Below the pieces are notes generated by a model. That model saw nothing but the letters and a program-made list of their open reading frames with translations, searched no databases and was not told the origin of the DNA. From assembly GCA_051294375.1 (NCBI GenBank), contig CM119265.1, forward strand, positions 1,165,539 to 1,229,480: 63,942 nt of DNA, in the 5' to 3' direction. Position 1 is the stretch's first letter, and every line of letters starts with the position of its first letter. Below are positions 1 to 13,250 of this stretch, piece by piece. The DNA comes from Paraspadella gotoi. Its lineage: Eukaryota > Animalia > Chaetognatha. The position numbers were made by a program, and so were the translations under genes.

Positions 1-215
1 GGCTCCTATTTACAAGCAAAGATACAAGCAAAGAAACGCTTCTATTTACAAGCAAAGAGGCAAGCAAAGAAACGCTCATATTTACAAGAAAATAGGCAAG
101 CAAACAATCGCTCCTATTTACAAGCAAAGAGGCAAGCAAAGAAACGCTCCTATTAACAAGCAAAGATACAAGCAAACAATCGCTCCTATTTACAAGCAAA
201 GAGACAAGCATAAAA
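1..215. repeat. ~36-bp minisatellite (ctcctatttacaagcaaagaggcaagcaaagaaacg)n, running off the window start
   Basis: Tandem units directly visible; the same array recurs at 6535-7260. Confidence 0.95.
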
Positions 216-682
216 TCCATTAACAAGCGAAGATTCTCGCGGTTTAGCTAAGTCAACGAGATGAATAAATGACGTTATTCGTTGAAAAATTTTATCTTTG
301 AAACATTAAACTTTAAAATTTGAATTGGCTTTTGACATTCAACTTTTATCTATTAATTTTTGCACTTTTAATGTTTAACTTAAATTTTAACATATAAATA
401 TAAACTTTAAACGTAACTTGTATTTATTAAATGTTACATATTTAAAACGAAAGGGAAGCAACTTATCAAATTTATTATCATTATCATCATCATTATCAGT
501 ATCATCATTATCGTCGTCATCATCATCATCATCATCATCATNNNNNNNNNNNNNNNNNTCGTCGTCGTCGTCGTCATCATATCATCATCATAATCATCAT
601 TATCATCACTTATTATCACATATTTTATCTTAATAGTAAGACTATTTCTATTTTATTTATTTTTTAACTCATTCTTTTTCTC

Positions 683-774
<92 letters not shown>

Positions 775-1194
775 TATGTCATCCTCTTCTTTCTCTCTTC
801 TTCTTTCTCTCCTGTCATTTTGATTCCTCCTCCTCCTCCTCCTCTTGCTCATCCTCCTCCCCTTCCCTCCTCCTCCTCCTCCTCCTCCTCCTCCTCTCTC
901 TCACGCGTCCCGGTCCGTACGCTACTTTGGTACAAATCTATGGACTTCACACGAGAGAAGAAGAAGAAGGAGAAGAAGGAAAGAAAAGAAAAGAAAAGAA
1001 AAAGAAAAGATGCGAACAAATGAAATCGACAATTTTGATCCCAAATTTTATTTTGAACAAAAAAATCAATAAAACAAAGAAATATTTAAAAATAAAAAAA
1101 GTGAAAATAAAAATTCATCGACGACAATAAAAATCTGCGATTCTTTAGTTTCGGTTTTTTGAAATACAATAACAACAACAAGAGAATTTTAAAA

Positions 1195-1257
<63 letters not shown>

Positions 1258-1835
1258 ATTTTAAAAAAATATTCAAAATATTAAAAATAAATAAATGCTG
1301 CTGATCGACAATAATAAAAAAATCACTTGTGCTATTAAGTTTTTATCAATTTCATTTTTCGAAAAAAGCAGAGGGTTTAAACACTAATCATTACTTTTAT
1401 AAAACTGAACGATATGATTAATGTCTCTCCACTTAAAAAGGTTGCAACTAATAAAAATCTTCCTTTTTTTTTCTCTTCCAAACTAATTTTCGCATTTCTA
1501 GATCAAATTTTAACCTAAACAATAAACAATATCCCTCGATTTTAAGCTCCAAAAAATAATGAATAAAATAATGTATTAATTCAAAGGTAAATAAATAAAG
1601 TCAGCAACCTTTATGATTTATCCACAAATTATTATTATTAAATTAATTCGGAATAAATCATTTTGGTCAAAAAAACAAAAACTCAATTTTCTAAAAAAAA
1701 ATTCGCCATGAAATTTATCGACGTCGAAATAAATGAAAGTTTAAAATGAGGAAGAATCAAAACAGAACTACTTTTCGGTTTTAGTGTGGAAGGTGGGGAG
1801 GTGAAGTTGAATGTTATGGGGAAAGTGGGGCTCTC

Positions 1836-2116
1836 TTTTCCGAGAGTGCCCCCTTTCTGTTCGTTTTTACCCCGGAATTTAATTTTAATTTTAATATTTA
1901 AGTTAAATATTTTTTTAAAACTTATAAACCAAAACCATAATTTTTTGCCTAATCTGATGTTAAATAGTATACCTCACAATTCTTGACGCATAAACTTAAA
2001 CCCTAATTTTTAACCCTAAACGCTAATACCTAACCTAAACCATTTACTCTAATCACAAACCTTAATCCCTAACTTAACTAAAATTAACCTAATTCCAAAT
2101 TTAAAATAAAATGGGA
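1836..2116. mobile_element. MITE-like element family B (ttttccgagagtgYcccattt end, degenerate CCTAA-repeat core); right end partly deleted in this copy
   Basis: Same element at 9115-9408 has both inverted ends; related halves at ~25255-25451 (minus) and ~55522-55735. Confidence 0.55.
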
Positions 2117-2328
2117 TAGTGCCCAATGTGGATGTAGAAGGGGTAATTGGTAAGAACGGGTACAGTGGAGATCGATTGTATGGTTATAACTCTCGCTGAC
2201 CGAAGGGTGGTCTCGTTTCTCTCAGTGGGTGGGATCTGTTATGAGTGACGGTCTGACAAAAGACCACACTGTGCGGGGAATCGAATATATATATTTTATT
2301 TGACTTCGTTTAGTTGGATAGATTATTT

Positions 2329-2360
<32 letters not shown>

Positions 2361-2527
2361 TAAAAAAGAGAGAGATAAATGGCTTCTGAGAATTTGTTAG
2401 GAATCGTTTAGACTGTAGTATCAAAAAAACGTTAATCACGAAATATGATCCTTTAATACAGTTTAAAATTCTTTTGAAATATTATACCAGCTTCATTGAG
2501 AGGGAAGCAGGCACCTGGGAGTGAATA

Positions 2528-2655
2528 AAACGAGACTGGTGAAGAGTCTTGATTGATGTGTTGCAGGGACCTGCTATGTCATGTATCTTGTAAGAGTGAT
2601 GGAGCCTTAAACCAACCAAAGCCTGTCCATGTCATTTGTTCAAAGTCAGGGTCAG
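2528..2655 (+). mobile_element. Interspersed repeat family A fragment (one arm of a long-TIR MITE-like element)
   Basis: agtcttgattga...ggacctgctatgtcatgtatcttgtaag...ccaaagcctgtcca matches 27850-27965 (minus), 32180-32515 and 47820-48145. Confidence 0.75.
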
Positions 2656-3519
2656 ATAGCTTATTTATTAAATGAATGGATAATTTTACTTGGTTGTCCA
2701 TTTCATATTATATTTCTCCAGAAATGGACAACGGGTCATGAGTATGGCGGGTGCGACGCATAGCTTGTTTACGGCAATTTCACAATTCACACGCGTCTCG
2801 TTTGTACCGGTCTCTCTCTCTCTACCTCTCTCTCCTCTCTCTCTTCTCTCATCTCTCTCTCTCTCTTCTCTCCTCTCTCTCTCTCTCTCTCTATCTCTCT
2901 ATATCATTTGTTTACGTCGTCAGTTGGAATCTTATTGTTTAATCTGACAAAAAAAAAAGAAAGAAAAAACGAAGAAATCCTCACGAATGTTTTTCTGCTC
3001 TCAGTTCGATGTCGAATCAATTCTTGCGGCGTGCCAGAAGAGAGAGAGAGAGTGAGAAGAGAGAGAGAGAGAGAGAGTCCAGAATAACTATTCCGAAATA
3101 TCGTGCAGCAGATAACGTTTTTTTCCTGGTAATCCAATTTCTTCGTTTTTTTTCAATTGTTTTTTCTATTTCTCTTCTCTCTCTCTCTCTCTCTATCGTC
3201 TTCGTGCATTTAAACCCGAGGACAACGAGCGAGACCGTTGCGCTTGATAATCATCATCAATTGTAATCGATCGGCTAAATTTGCGCAATTTTATATTATC
3301 TTTTTTTTTTGTGATTTTATTTTTAAACCTATCTCCCTATTTAAAATCATTCGAAAAACGAAATAATGTTGTTAATTAACACAAAAAATTACACTCAGAA
3401 ACAAATCAAATGACGAAATCGTTATTATTTCTCGTCTTTTTATTTAAACGACTTTCGATTTAATGTATTAAAATGCGTGAGCCGGGAATTACAAAGTTCA
3501 CAAGCTTAAGCATGTCATC

Positions 3520-3584
3520 GACCCCGTGGCTCATTGAGTAATTTCATCAGCTCATGACCATCATGTACCAGGATCGATCCCTGG
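3520..3584 (+). mobile_element. Truncated tRNA-like SINE head
   Basis: gaccccgtggctcattgagtaatttcatcagctcatgacca...ggatcgatccc matches the 5' end of the SINE at 61695 and 63397. Confidence 0.7.
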
Positions 3585-3829
3585 AAAGAAAACTAGCAAG
3601 CATAAATTTACTTGTCTGTATTCTTAGTCAACGACAGCATATATAATAGTCCTATCAATGTTCTAATAAGTTTCGATTTCATATACGTCACTAACTCCTT
3701 ATATTTCTGCTCTTGCTTGCTTAATATTTATCGGTTTCCACTTATCATTTGGAAATTACATATCCTTTTTAGAATTAAAAAAAATTCTTTTAACTTGTTT
3801 TTATTCTTTATTCATATAAACTTTTATTA

Positions 3830-4088
3830 ATCGCTAAAATATCCGGTTTTTTTTTTACAAATATTTGTAACGAGTTCCTCATCCAAACATGATTTTTTGG
3901 GAACTTGTCCTGTAATAGACCTTTTTCCGCAAACACATTGCCCGATACAATACCGCAATCGTTAGAGTTTTTGGTCAAACCGAAGTTCGTCCTCCAAAGT
4001 TCCTTCTTCTTCAAAGAGTAGACAGAACTGCGGCCTCGTAACCCCAGGTTCTTCTTTTGTTGTACAATCAGGACAACCATCGGAGCCC
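3830..4088 (-). pseudogene. Possible degraded Cys-rich coding segment
   Basis: After a tattag acceptor-like site it reads GSDGCPDCTTKEEPG...FDQKL*RLRYCIGQCVCGKRS...SCLDEELVTNICKK with one in-frame TAA; family not recognised. Confidence 0.25.
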
Positions 4089-4699
4089 TAATACAATATC
4101 ATAAATAATTTTATAACTTTAATAACTTTTATAACTTTTATAACGTTGTCCGTATTTGCTTCGCATGAATTACTCATTTATCGATCTGATGGGAAATTAA
4201 GTCCGTAATAGGATTTAAAGGCGAAAGCGAATATTATTTATTTTTTTTCAAAAAATTTAATAATGTTTTGAATTGCATACAGGTCTATGTACATTGTAAA
4301 CAACATTTGAATATAAATATATTGGATCGGCACGGCTCGGGGCAACTCGCCAAGAAATGGAATCGCCAAATCCATTGGAACCGGAATGGAACCAATCAGC
4401 TTGCAGAATCCTTGAAAAATGTCTAAATCCATTTTGCATCTGCTCTCTTCTCAGCTATAAATACGTTCTAAATTCTAGTTCTAATTTCAGTAAGGATTGC
4501 TAAAGACTCTTGCGACTGTCTCACTGTCCCCTTATTCTCAGAATAAAATCTTATCTTGATTTCGCCCCAAGAAATCCATGAGTTTTTTCTTCAATGTGGT
4601 GGAGCGTGAAGATCAGACCATATTTTTTTAAGATTTTCATAAATCAGGACTTTAATTGTTAACCGATAATAATGATAAAAGAAGCCTAGCTTATTTTTG

Positions 4700-5020
4700 C
4701 TCACTTCATTCCACTTCACTTCACTTCACTTCGCTTCACTTTACTTCACGTCACTTTCACTTCATCACTTCACTTCCTTCACTTTACTTTCACTTCCTTT
4801 CCTTCACTTCACTTCACGTCATTCAACTTCACTTCACGTCACTCTCACTTCACTTTCACTCTCACTTCAGTTCAACTTCAATTCTCACTTCATTTCACTT
4901 CACTTTCAACTTTCACTTCACTTACTAATTTAACTTCACTTCCCCTTCACTTCTCTTCCACTTCCTTTCATTCACTTCACTTCACTTTCCAATTCACTTT
5001 CACTTCATTCAATTTACTTC
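4700..5020. repeat. (CACTT)n pentanucleotide microsatellite
   Basis: Directly visible. Confidence 0.95.
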
Positions 5021-6534
5021 TATGTTTCAAAGATATGTTTCAATTGTATGCAAAGACCACTCCTTAAGTAATTAGATCGGGGGAATACTAATATTGTCTC
5101 CGCCCAGCATCAAATACAAGGAGCTGAAATTTGGATAAAATCGTAACACAACTATAAAAATTATCTTTCATTAATAAATAAGCTAACTTCCGCTGACTTT
5201 GGACAGGCTTTGGTGTATTATTTTTAAACTTGGTAATTAATCAATTAAAATTATAAATTCGGATTTAATCAAGAAACGCAATAGTTTAAAATAGGATTAT
5301 AATTTAAAATTCTCTGCGTATTGTCGTTTGTATATTTGTTGATTTTATATATAACTTCATAAAATCATATGCTTAATTAAAGTTAAGCGCTTCTAATGGC
5401 TTCCCTTCATTTTCTAATGCACCGACGGCTAACGCTCGGTTCGCCTCTGCTCTCTCTCTCTCTCTCTCACTCTCTCTTCATCTCTCTCTCGTTCTCTCTC
5501 TAATCATCTCTCTCTCCTCTCTTTCCTCTATCTCTCGCTCTCTTGCTGCTCCGCAACGCACGAACCGAGAAGCGGTTAATGTCGCTGAAAGACACATTAT
5601 TAATAGTGTATATGGCTACTCTTTTATGATCTTTCTTTCTTTTTATTCTTCCTTTCTTATTTTCTTTCAGTCTCTTTCTTTCTATCTATCTTTCTTTTCT
5701 TTTTTTTTTCTTTCTCTCTTTCTTTCTCTCTGTCTCTCTTCTCTCTTTTCTTTTTATTGATTATGGTGACAGTCTTCTTCATCCAGCGCAGAATTAACAA
5801 TTTGACATGAAATTTTTCACACACCATATTTTTCGCGTTGCTTGAAAACAAAAATTTTTGTTTTTTCTAATTCTAATAAAATTTTAAAAATTGTTCACCA
5901 ACTTCTTTCCCTTATCTTTAACATTTTAAACCTTCTAAAAAAATTAAAATATTTTTTTCCGCATTTTTTCCATCTTTTTCCTAATTTTTTTATTCCATCC
6001 CAGCTCCCCTTTTATTTTTTTCTCTCTTTCTATATCTCGCGAGTTTTATACTAACCATAAACGTTCTTCGTCATCGTCGTCCCGGTTTGCATCGTCGTCG
6101 TCGTCAATCGTCGTCTTCAACGTTGTCGTCATCTTCATCGGTCGTCGTCATCATCGTCGTCGTCATCATCCGTCATGCATTCATCACGTGGTCCATTCGT
6201 CGTACATCCTCAGTTTTTGTCATCGTCGTCGTCATCATCACTCGTTGTCGTCAATTCATATTCGTAGTCGTCGTCTGTCGTGCGTTCGTCTCGGTCGTCG
6301 TCGTCTTTGTCTTTTGTCTCCAAAAAAACAATTTTCATTTTCCAAAATTAAATAAAAAAAAAGAATATATTTTACTTAAAGGTTTTCTTGAAATCTCTGG
6401 CGTTTGTTTGACAAAACAACAAAAATGGAAGAGTGAATGGAAGAGTGAATAGAAGTGAATGAAAGTGATGGAAGAGTGAATGGAAGAGTGAAATGGAAGA
6501 GTGTTTTTCAATTTTCCGGACGCGTCGTCACTAG

Positions 6535-7260
6535 AGATCAAAGAGGCAAGCAAAGAAAGGCTCTATTTACAAGCAAAGATACAAGCAAGCAAGGCTCCTA
6601 TTTACAAGCAAAGATCAAGCAAAGAAAGGCTCCTACTTTACAGGCAAAGAATAACATGAAAGGCTCTATTACAAGCAAAGATACAAGCAAAGACACGCTC
6701 CTATTTAAAGCAAAGGGCAAGAAAGAAACGCTCCTATTTACAAGCAAGAGGCAAAGCAAGAAAGCTCCTATTCTAAGCAAAGAGGCAAGCAAAGAAACGC
6801 TCCTATTCTCAGGCAAAGAGGCAAGCAAGAAACCGCTCCTATTTATGAAGCAAAGAGGCAACAAGAACGCTCCTATTTACAAGAAAATAGGCAAGCAAAC
6901 ATCGCTCTATTAAAGCAGGTATACAAGCAAAGAACGCTGTCCCTCATTATAAGCAAGAGGAGCAAGCAAAGAAACGCTCCTATTTACAAGCAAAGGGCTC
7001 TAGCAAGAACGAAAGGCTCTTATTAAGCCAAGATACAAACATAGAAAGGACTCCTATTTCAAGCAAAGATCAAAGCAAAGAAACGCTTTCTATTTACCAA
7101 GCAAAGAGGCAGCAAAGAAGCTCATATTAAAGAAAATGGCAGCAAACATCGCTCCTATTTACAAGCAAAGAGGCAAGCAAAGAAACGCTCCTATTTAACA
7201 AGCAAAGATACAAAGCAAACAACTCGTTCCTATTTACACAGCAAAGAGACAAGCATAAAA
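6535..7260. repeat. ~36-bp minisatellite array, about 20 noisy units
   Basis: Same unit as 1-215. Confidence 0.95.
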
Positions 7261-7482
7261 TCCATTAACAAGCGAGATTCTCGCGTTAGCTAAGTCAACG
7301 AGATGAAATAAATGACGTTTATTCGTTGAAAAATTTATCTTGAAACATTAAACTCTCAAAATTTGAATTGGCTTTTTACTCAACTTTTATCTATTAATTT
7401 TTGGCACCTTTTTTAATGTTTAACTAAATTTTAACATATAAATATAACTTTAAACGTAACTTGTATTTTATTAAAGTTACAT

Positions 7483-7635
7483 TTATTAGAAAGTTTGAAA
7501 TGAATTTCACAAGATTTTTATTTTTTTTTTTTTTTTACTTTTTTAATGTGATGAAGGTGTAGTTAAGCGAAACATGTCCGTTTTTATTAAAAAATAAAAT
7601 GTTGTTGAAATTTCATTTCAAACTTTCTAATAATA
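7483..7635. mobile_element. Short fold-back (MITE-like) segment absent from copy 1
   Basis: ttattagaaagtttgaaatgaatttcacaa pairs with ttgttgaaatttcatttcaaactttctaataa; the whole extra segment is bounded by a gttacat direct repeat. Confidence 0.5.
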
Positions 7636-9114
7636 TTACACACACGAAAAGAAAAGGATTATACACACTGTTACATATTTAAAACGCAGGGTAAGCAACT
7701 TTATCAAATTTATTATCATATATGCAATCATTATCAGTATCTCATTATCGTCGTCATCATGATCATCATCATCATACATAATCATCATCATCGTCGTCGC
7801 TCGTCATCTATCTGCATGCATATCATCCATTATCATCACTATTATCACATATTTAGTCTTAATAGTAAGACGTATTTCTATTTTATTTATTTTTTAACAT
7901 CATTCTTTTCTCTCTTCTTTCTTTTTATTCTTTCTTTTCTTTCTTTCTCTTTTTTTCTTTCTTTTTTCTTCTCTTTTTTTCTTTTCTTTCTTTCTTTCTT
8001 CTTTTTTAATGTCATCCATCCTTTTTCTCTTTCTTCTTTCTTCCTCTCCTTCATTTGAATTCCTCCTCCTCTTCTCCTCCTCTTGCTCATCCTCCTCCTC
8101 TCCTCCTCCCTCCTCCTTCCTCCTCTCCTTCCTCCTCCTCTCTCTCAAACGCGTCCGGTCCGTAAACGCACTTGTGGTACAAATCTATGGACTTCACACG
8201 AGAGAAAAGAAGAAAAGAAGAAGAAGGAAAAAGAAAAGAAAAGAAAAAGAAAAGATGCGACAAATGAAATCGGCAATTTTGATCCCAAATTTTATTTGAA
8301 CAAAAAAATAAATAAACAAAAGAAATATTTAAAAATAAAAATGAAAATAAATATTCAATGACGAGAATAAAATCTTGCGAATTCTTTGTTTCGTTTTAAT
8401 TGAAATAAAAACAACAACAACAGAGAATTTTAAAATAATAAATAAATAATAATAAATAAATAATGAATTATAAATAAATAAAAATAAATAAATAAATAAT
8501 AATAAATAAATAATCAAATATAAAAATAATAAAATAAATAAATATAATAAAAAGTTAAAATATTCAAAATATTAAAAATAAATAAATGTGCTGATCGACA
8601 ATAATAAAAAAACTTGTGCTATTATTTTTATCAATTTCATTTTTCGAAAAAGCAGCAGGTTTAAACCTAATCATTAACTTTTATAAAACTGAACGATATG
8701 ATTAATGTCTCTCCACTTAAAAAGGTTGCAACTAATAAAAATCTGTCCTTTTTTTTTTCTCTCCAAACTAAATTTCGCATTTCTAGATCAATTTTAAACC
8801 TAAAAATAAACAATATCCTCGATTTAAGCTCCCAAAAAATAATGAATAAAATAATGTATTAATTCAAAGGTTAAATAAATAAAGTCAGCACCTTTATGAT
8901 TTACCACAAATTATTATTATTAAATTAATTCGGAATAAATCATTTTGGTCAAAAAAGCAAACCTTCAATTTTTTAAAAAAAATTCCATGAAATTTATCGG
9001 ACGTCGAAATAAATGAAAGTTTAAAATGAGGAAGAATCAAACAGAACTACTTTTCGGTTTTAGTGTGGAAGGGGGAGGTGAAGTTGGATGTTAATGGGGA
9101 AAGTGGGCGCTCTC

Positions 9115-9408
9115 TTTTCCGAGAGTGCCTCATTTCTGTTCGTTTTTACCCCGAATTTAATTTTAATTTAAATATTTTAGTTAAATATTTTTTTAAAACT
9201 TATAAACCAAACCATAATTTTTTGCCTAACCTGATGTTAAATAGTATAACCTCACAATTCTTGACGCTAAACTTAAACCCTAATTTTTAACCCTAAACGC
9301 TAATACCTAACCTAAATCATTTTACTCTAATCAACAAACCTTAATCGCTAACTTAACTAAAATTAACCTAATTTCCAAATTTAAATAAAATGGGGTATTC
9401 TGGGAAAA
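9115..9408. mobile_element. MITE-like element family B with imperfect ~21-bp TIRs and CCTAA-like core
   Basis: Left ttttccgagagtgcctcattt; right aaatggggtattctgggaaaa (imperfect reverse complement). Confidence 0.55.
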
Positions 9409-9717
9409 ATAGTGCCCAATGTGGATGTAGAAGGGGTAATTGGGGTAAGAACGGGTACAGTGGAGATCGATTGTAATGGTTATTAACTCTCGCTGACCGA
9501 AGGGTGGTCTCGTTTCTCTCAGTGGTGGGATCAGTTATGAGTGACGGTCTGACAAAAGACACACTGTGCGGGAATGAAATATATAATTTTATTTGACCTT
9601 CGTTTAGTTGGATAGATTATTTTCTTTCTTTTTTCTTTCTTCTTTCTTCTTTCTTTCTTGTTCTTTCTTTCTTTCTTTCTTTTTTCTTTCTTTCTTTTTC
9701 TTTCTTTTTCTTTCTTA

Positions 9718-11158
9718 GGCCAGGGGATTACTCAACCTAAAATTGTAAAAATCTTAATTTACTGTATCTTAATCATTTTCTCATATCTTGTAAGAGGTTT
9801 TCTATTGAAAAATATCGAAAACTTTAAAAAATCTACACATAAAATTGTTTATAAAATTTAAACAATTTTTTTCTTCGGTAAAAACTAGATTTTCAAGAGA
9901 AAAAATTTTTTTTATATGTAAGCTAAATTTCTACAACTAAATTTTTAACTTAAAACTGATTCTTTACAGTAAGCTCAACTTTCTACTTCTTATATTTAAT
10001 TCTTCTTTTGCTACAAGTACATACTTGGAGTGTAATCACTTATAAGTCTAAATAAACTACTCTACACATTTCTCCAGACGGGTTTTTTATACTTTTATTG
10101 AGTTTTAATGAGTTACAAAAATTTATCGAATTTATTTCAATTTGACTTTATACTTTATTTAAATGTCTAATGAGTTAATGAGTACAGAATTTTAACTTTT
10201 CTTGACGAAGTGAAGTTAAAAACGAAGAGTGGCGCTCAAAACCGTTGACTTTTTCTTGAAGCAAAAAATATCTTGGGCAAGAAAAGAAACGTGGGGGAGA
10301 TCTTAAGACGCGCGTTTTTGAAAAAATGTTTTTCGTTTCAAAATATCAAGGAACTAATCCTAAAATTGATTAAATAATCAAATTTTCTATGAAGGAAGGC
10401 AAATTTTGAAAGTATCTTTTCATAGAATTAGAGGTCGTGACCTAAAGGTAATTCATGCCATATTTCATGAGAAACCGCCTTACCGTTTGGGCTGCAACTC
10501 TTCAAATAGGTTTCTTTTATTTTATATAGTACAAAAAAATCAAAAAAACGACTACGCCTTTGAAAAAAATAGTAAAGTGAATACATTTTCGGAATCGTCA
10601 GGAGCTCTCCTTTCGAAATCCGAGCTCGCTTTTAGCCTAATTAAACTTTGAATTGAGTGATCGCGGACCTTTAAAAAATCGTTTTTGTGATCGTCGTCGT
10701 TGTCGTCGTTGTCATCGTCATCGCCTTCGTCGTCGTCTTCTTCATCGTCGCGTCGTTCATCGTCGTCGTCTTCATCGTCGTCGTCATTATCGTGTCATGC
10801 TCTCATCGTCATCGTCACATAAAAAAAAAGATAAACATCGAAACGAAAATAAAAATGAAAATAAAATAAAAATAAAAATAAAAAGTTGAATGATAAAAAC
10901 GTCGCTATCATTTTAACCTTTTTTTCTATCATTTACACCTTTTTTTCTAATCATTTGAATCATTTCTCGACTTAAATCTACATAAATCATTAATTAAAAA
11001 AAGGCGAGGACCGGATACCATCGTTCTCTTCTGTACGAGGATTTACATCCTTAGGGAGAAAAATAAATGGGTTTTAACGGTAGAAAAAGGGAAAAAAAAT
11101 TATGANNNNNNNNNNNNNNNNNNNNNNNNNCTTCTTTTCTTTCTTTCTTTCTCTTTTT

Positions 11159-11194
<36 letters not shown>

Positions 11195-11540
11195 TTAAGC
11201 CAGGGATTACTCAACCTAAAAATGTAAAAATCTAATTTACTGTATTTATCATTTTCTCATATCTTGTAAGAGGTTTTCTATTGAAAAATAATCGAAAACT
11301 TTAAAAAATCTACATAAAATGTTTATAAAAATTAAACAATTTTTTTCTTCGGTAAACTAGATTTTTCAAGAGAAAAATTTTTTTATATGTAAGCTAAATT
11401 TCTACAACTAAATTTTTAACTTAAAACTGATTCTTTACAGTAAGCTCAACTTTCTACTTCTTATATTTAATTCTTCTTTTGCTAAAGTACATACTTGGAG
11501 TGTAATCACTTATAAGTCTAAATAAACTACTCTACACATT
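9718..11540 (+). repeat. ~350-bp direct repeat (9718-10070 and 11198-11540) either side of a 25-N gap
   Basis: gccagggattactcaacctaaaa...aataaactactctacacatt present twice. Confidence 0.95.
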
Positions 11541-11847
11541 AAATATGAATGAGAAAATTTTTAAAAAAAGAGGAAAAAAAGGAAAGCATTTTAATTTTAA
11601 CCTTAATATTTAGCTCAAATGTATTTTTAAATTAATAACCCAATATTTAATCCGAATCACTTACGTTATCCTAATCCTAATCCTAATCCTAATCCTCACC
11701 TATATATATCTTTCAATCGAATCCTTAACTTAAAATATTAATCTAGTTATAAATTTAATATTAAAAGGGAAAATATGAGAGGAAAATGAAAAGAAAAAAG
11801 AAAGGAAAAGGAAAAAAATTAAGGAAACAAGAACAGTAATTCAAAAG

Positions 11848-11915
11848 TGTTGCGCCGCAGTGACTGACTTTTCACGTGTGTTTCTTGAGACATGACATGA
11901 CATGACAAAACTTTT
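11848..11915 (+). repeat. Short interspersed repeat with (CATGA)n end; second copy at ~31000-31090 (mirror 49205-49290)
   Basis: tgttgcgccgcag...ttttcacgt...catgacatgac...aaaacttt is shared. Confidence 0.5.
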
Positions 11916-12400
11916 TTTAAATTTAGGAAAAAAGAAAGAAAAAAGAAAAAAAAATAACAAACATCATTTTCTCGAAGGTCGACGTCGAGAGGAAGTCGTT
12001 GTTGTTGTTGTTGTTGTCGTTGTCGTTGTTGTTGTCGTCTCGGACGACCTTGTTCTCACCCGAATCGACACTCGAAAGTCGACAGGTGTTAAGAGAGGAA
12101 AGTTTTACATTTTTGAAGACGAAAAAAAAGAGAATAAAAGAGAAGAGAAAAGAAAAGAATAAAAAAGAAATAAAAAGATAGAGAATAAAAGAGAAGAGAA
12201 AAAAGAGATGAAAAGAGAAGAAAAGAAAAGAGAAGAAAAAAGAAAAAACTGATGAGTTGACCTCCCGTAATTTTTTGTGTCACAGAATAAAAAAAAATGT
12301 GAATGAACCTCTCTGTCTCTCTCTCTTTCTCTCTCTCTCTCTTTCTCTCACACTCTCTCACTCTCTCTTTCTATTTCTATCTCCCACTCTCTCTGTATCT

Positions 12401-12419
<19 letters not shown>

Positions 12420-12456
<37 letters not shown>

Positions 12457-12569
12457 TAAAGTTTGGAATAGAGATCGAGAGAGACATCACTTAAATTATG
12501 TGGTACCGCATGAAAAATGAGCCTTTATTCAAAATCGCTCTCATTTCTTTCTTTCGCCTCTATTACCTT

Positions 12570-12615
<46 letters not shown>

Positions 12616-12822
12616 ACTCTCTAATCATTCATTCCATTCTTTCATCTGAGCAATTTGCTTTTTTCTCTCTATCATTTTTCATCACGAAATTTTTAGAGAG
12701 TTTTAATGATACCACGGGCTCAATTAGTCAATTGCTGATTCATTTTTACATTTTTTTTAATTTTAAATTTTAATTTAATTTAAAATTTTTAATTTCAACG
12801 ATTGGAGTTTTTTATTTTTTAT

Positions 12823-12861
<39 letters not shown>

Positions 12862-13208
12862 AGGAGAGGAGAGAGAGAGAGAGAGAAAAAAGGAGAGAGG
12901 AAGTATGTAGAAAAAAGAAGACTTAAAATATTTTCATGTGAACTTAAAATAAAAGCTTTTAACTAAAGATTTTTAATTACTAATGAAATAGGGAGTGATT
13001 GATAAAAAACGAATCAAGCTCTTTGGCCGACGCCATTGCTTGCCAAGAAACAAGCACGGCGGTTGACCGAAGCCAATCTACTTGGTCCCCAGCTGTCTTC
13101 CTGTCTCTCTCTCTCTATCTTTCTCCTCGTCCCTTTCTCTCTCTTTCCTTCTTCTCTCTTCTGTATCTCCCCTCCCCCCTCCCCCCCTCTCTCTCCTCCT
13201 CTCTCCTC

Positions 13209-13250
<42 letters not shown>

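Larger units (their letters stand above)
1..2360 (+). repeat. Direct duplication, copy 1 (copy 2 at ~7048-9715)
   Basis: Colinear unique sequence, e.g. cacgcgtcccggtccgtacgctactttggtacaaatctatggac at ~902 vs ~8148, and ctcgctgaccgaagggtggtctcg at ~2192 vs ~9488. Confidence 0.95.
7048..9715 (+). repeat. Direct duplication, copy 2 (indel-rich copy of 1-2360)
   Basis: Colinear with 1-2360, with scattered 1-bp indels and a ~195-bp extra segment at ~7483-7676. Confidence 0.95.

Noticed and set aside
2150-2290. Possible ribozyme or structured RNA
   Set aside because: Short stems exist, but I could not build a hammerhead or HDV core; it may be a SINE remnant (ttcgattccc on the minus strand).
6455-6913. 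152-aa Lys-rich repetitive ORF
   Set aside because: It is the 36-bp minisatellite read in frame; downstream units break frame and there is no splice context.
10303-10676. TTAA-flanked Kolobok-like MITE
   Set aside because: The right end cctttaa is suggestive, but the left terminus does not form a convincing TIR.
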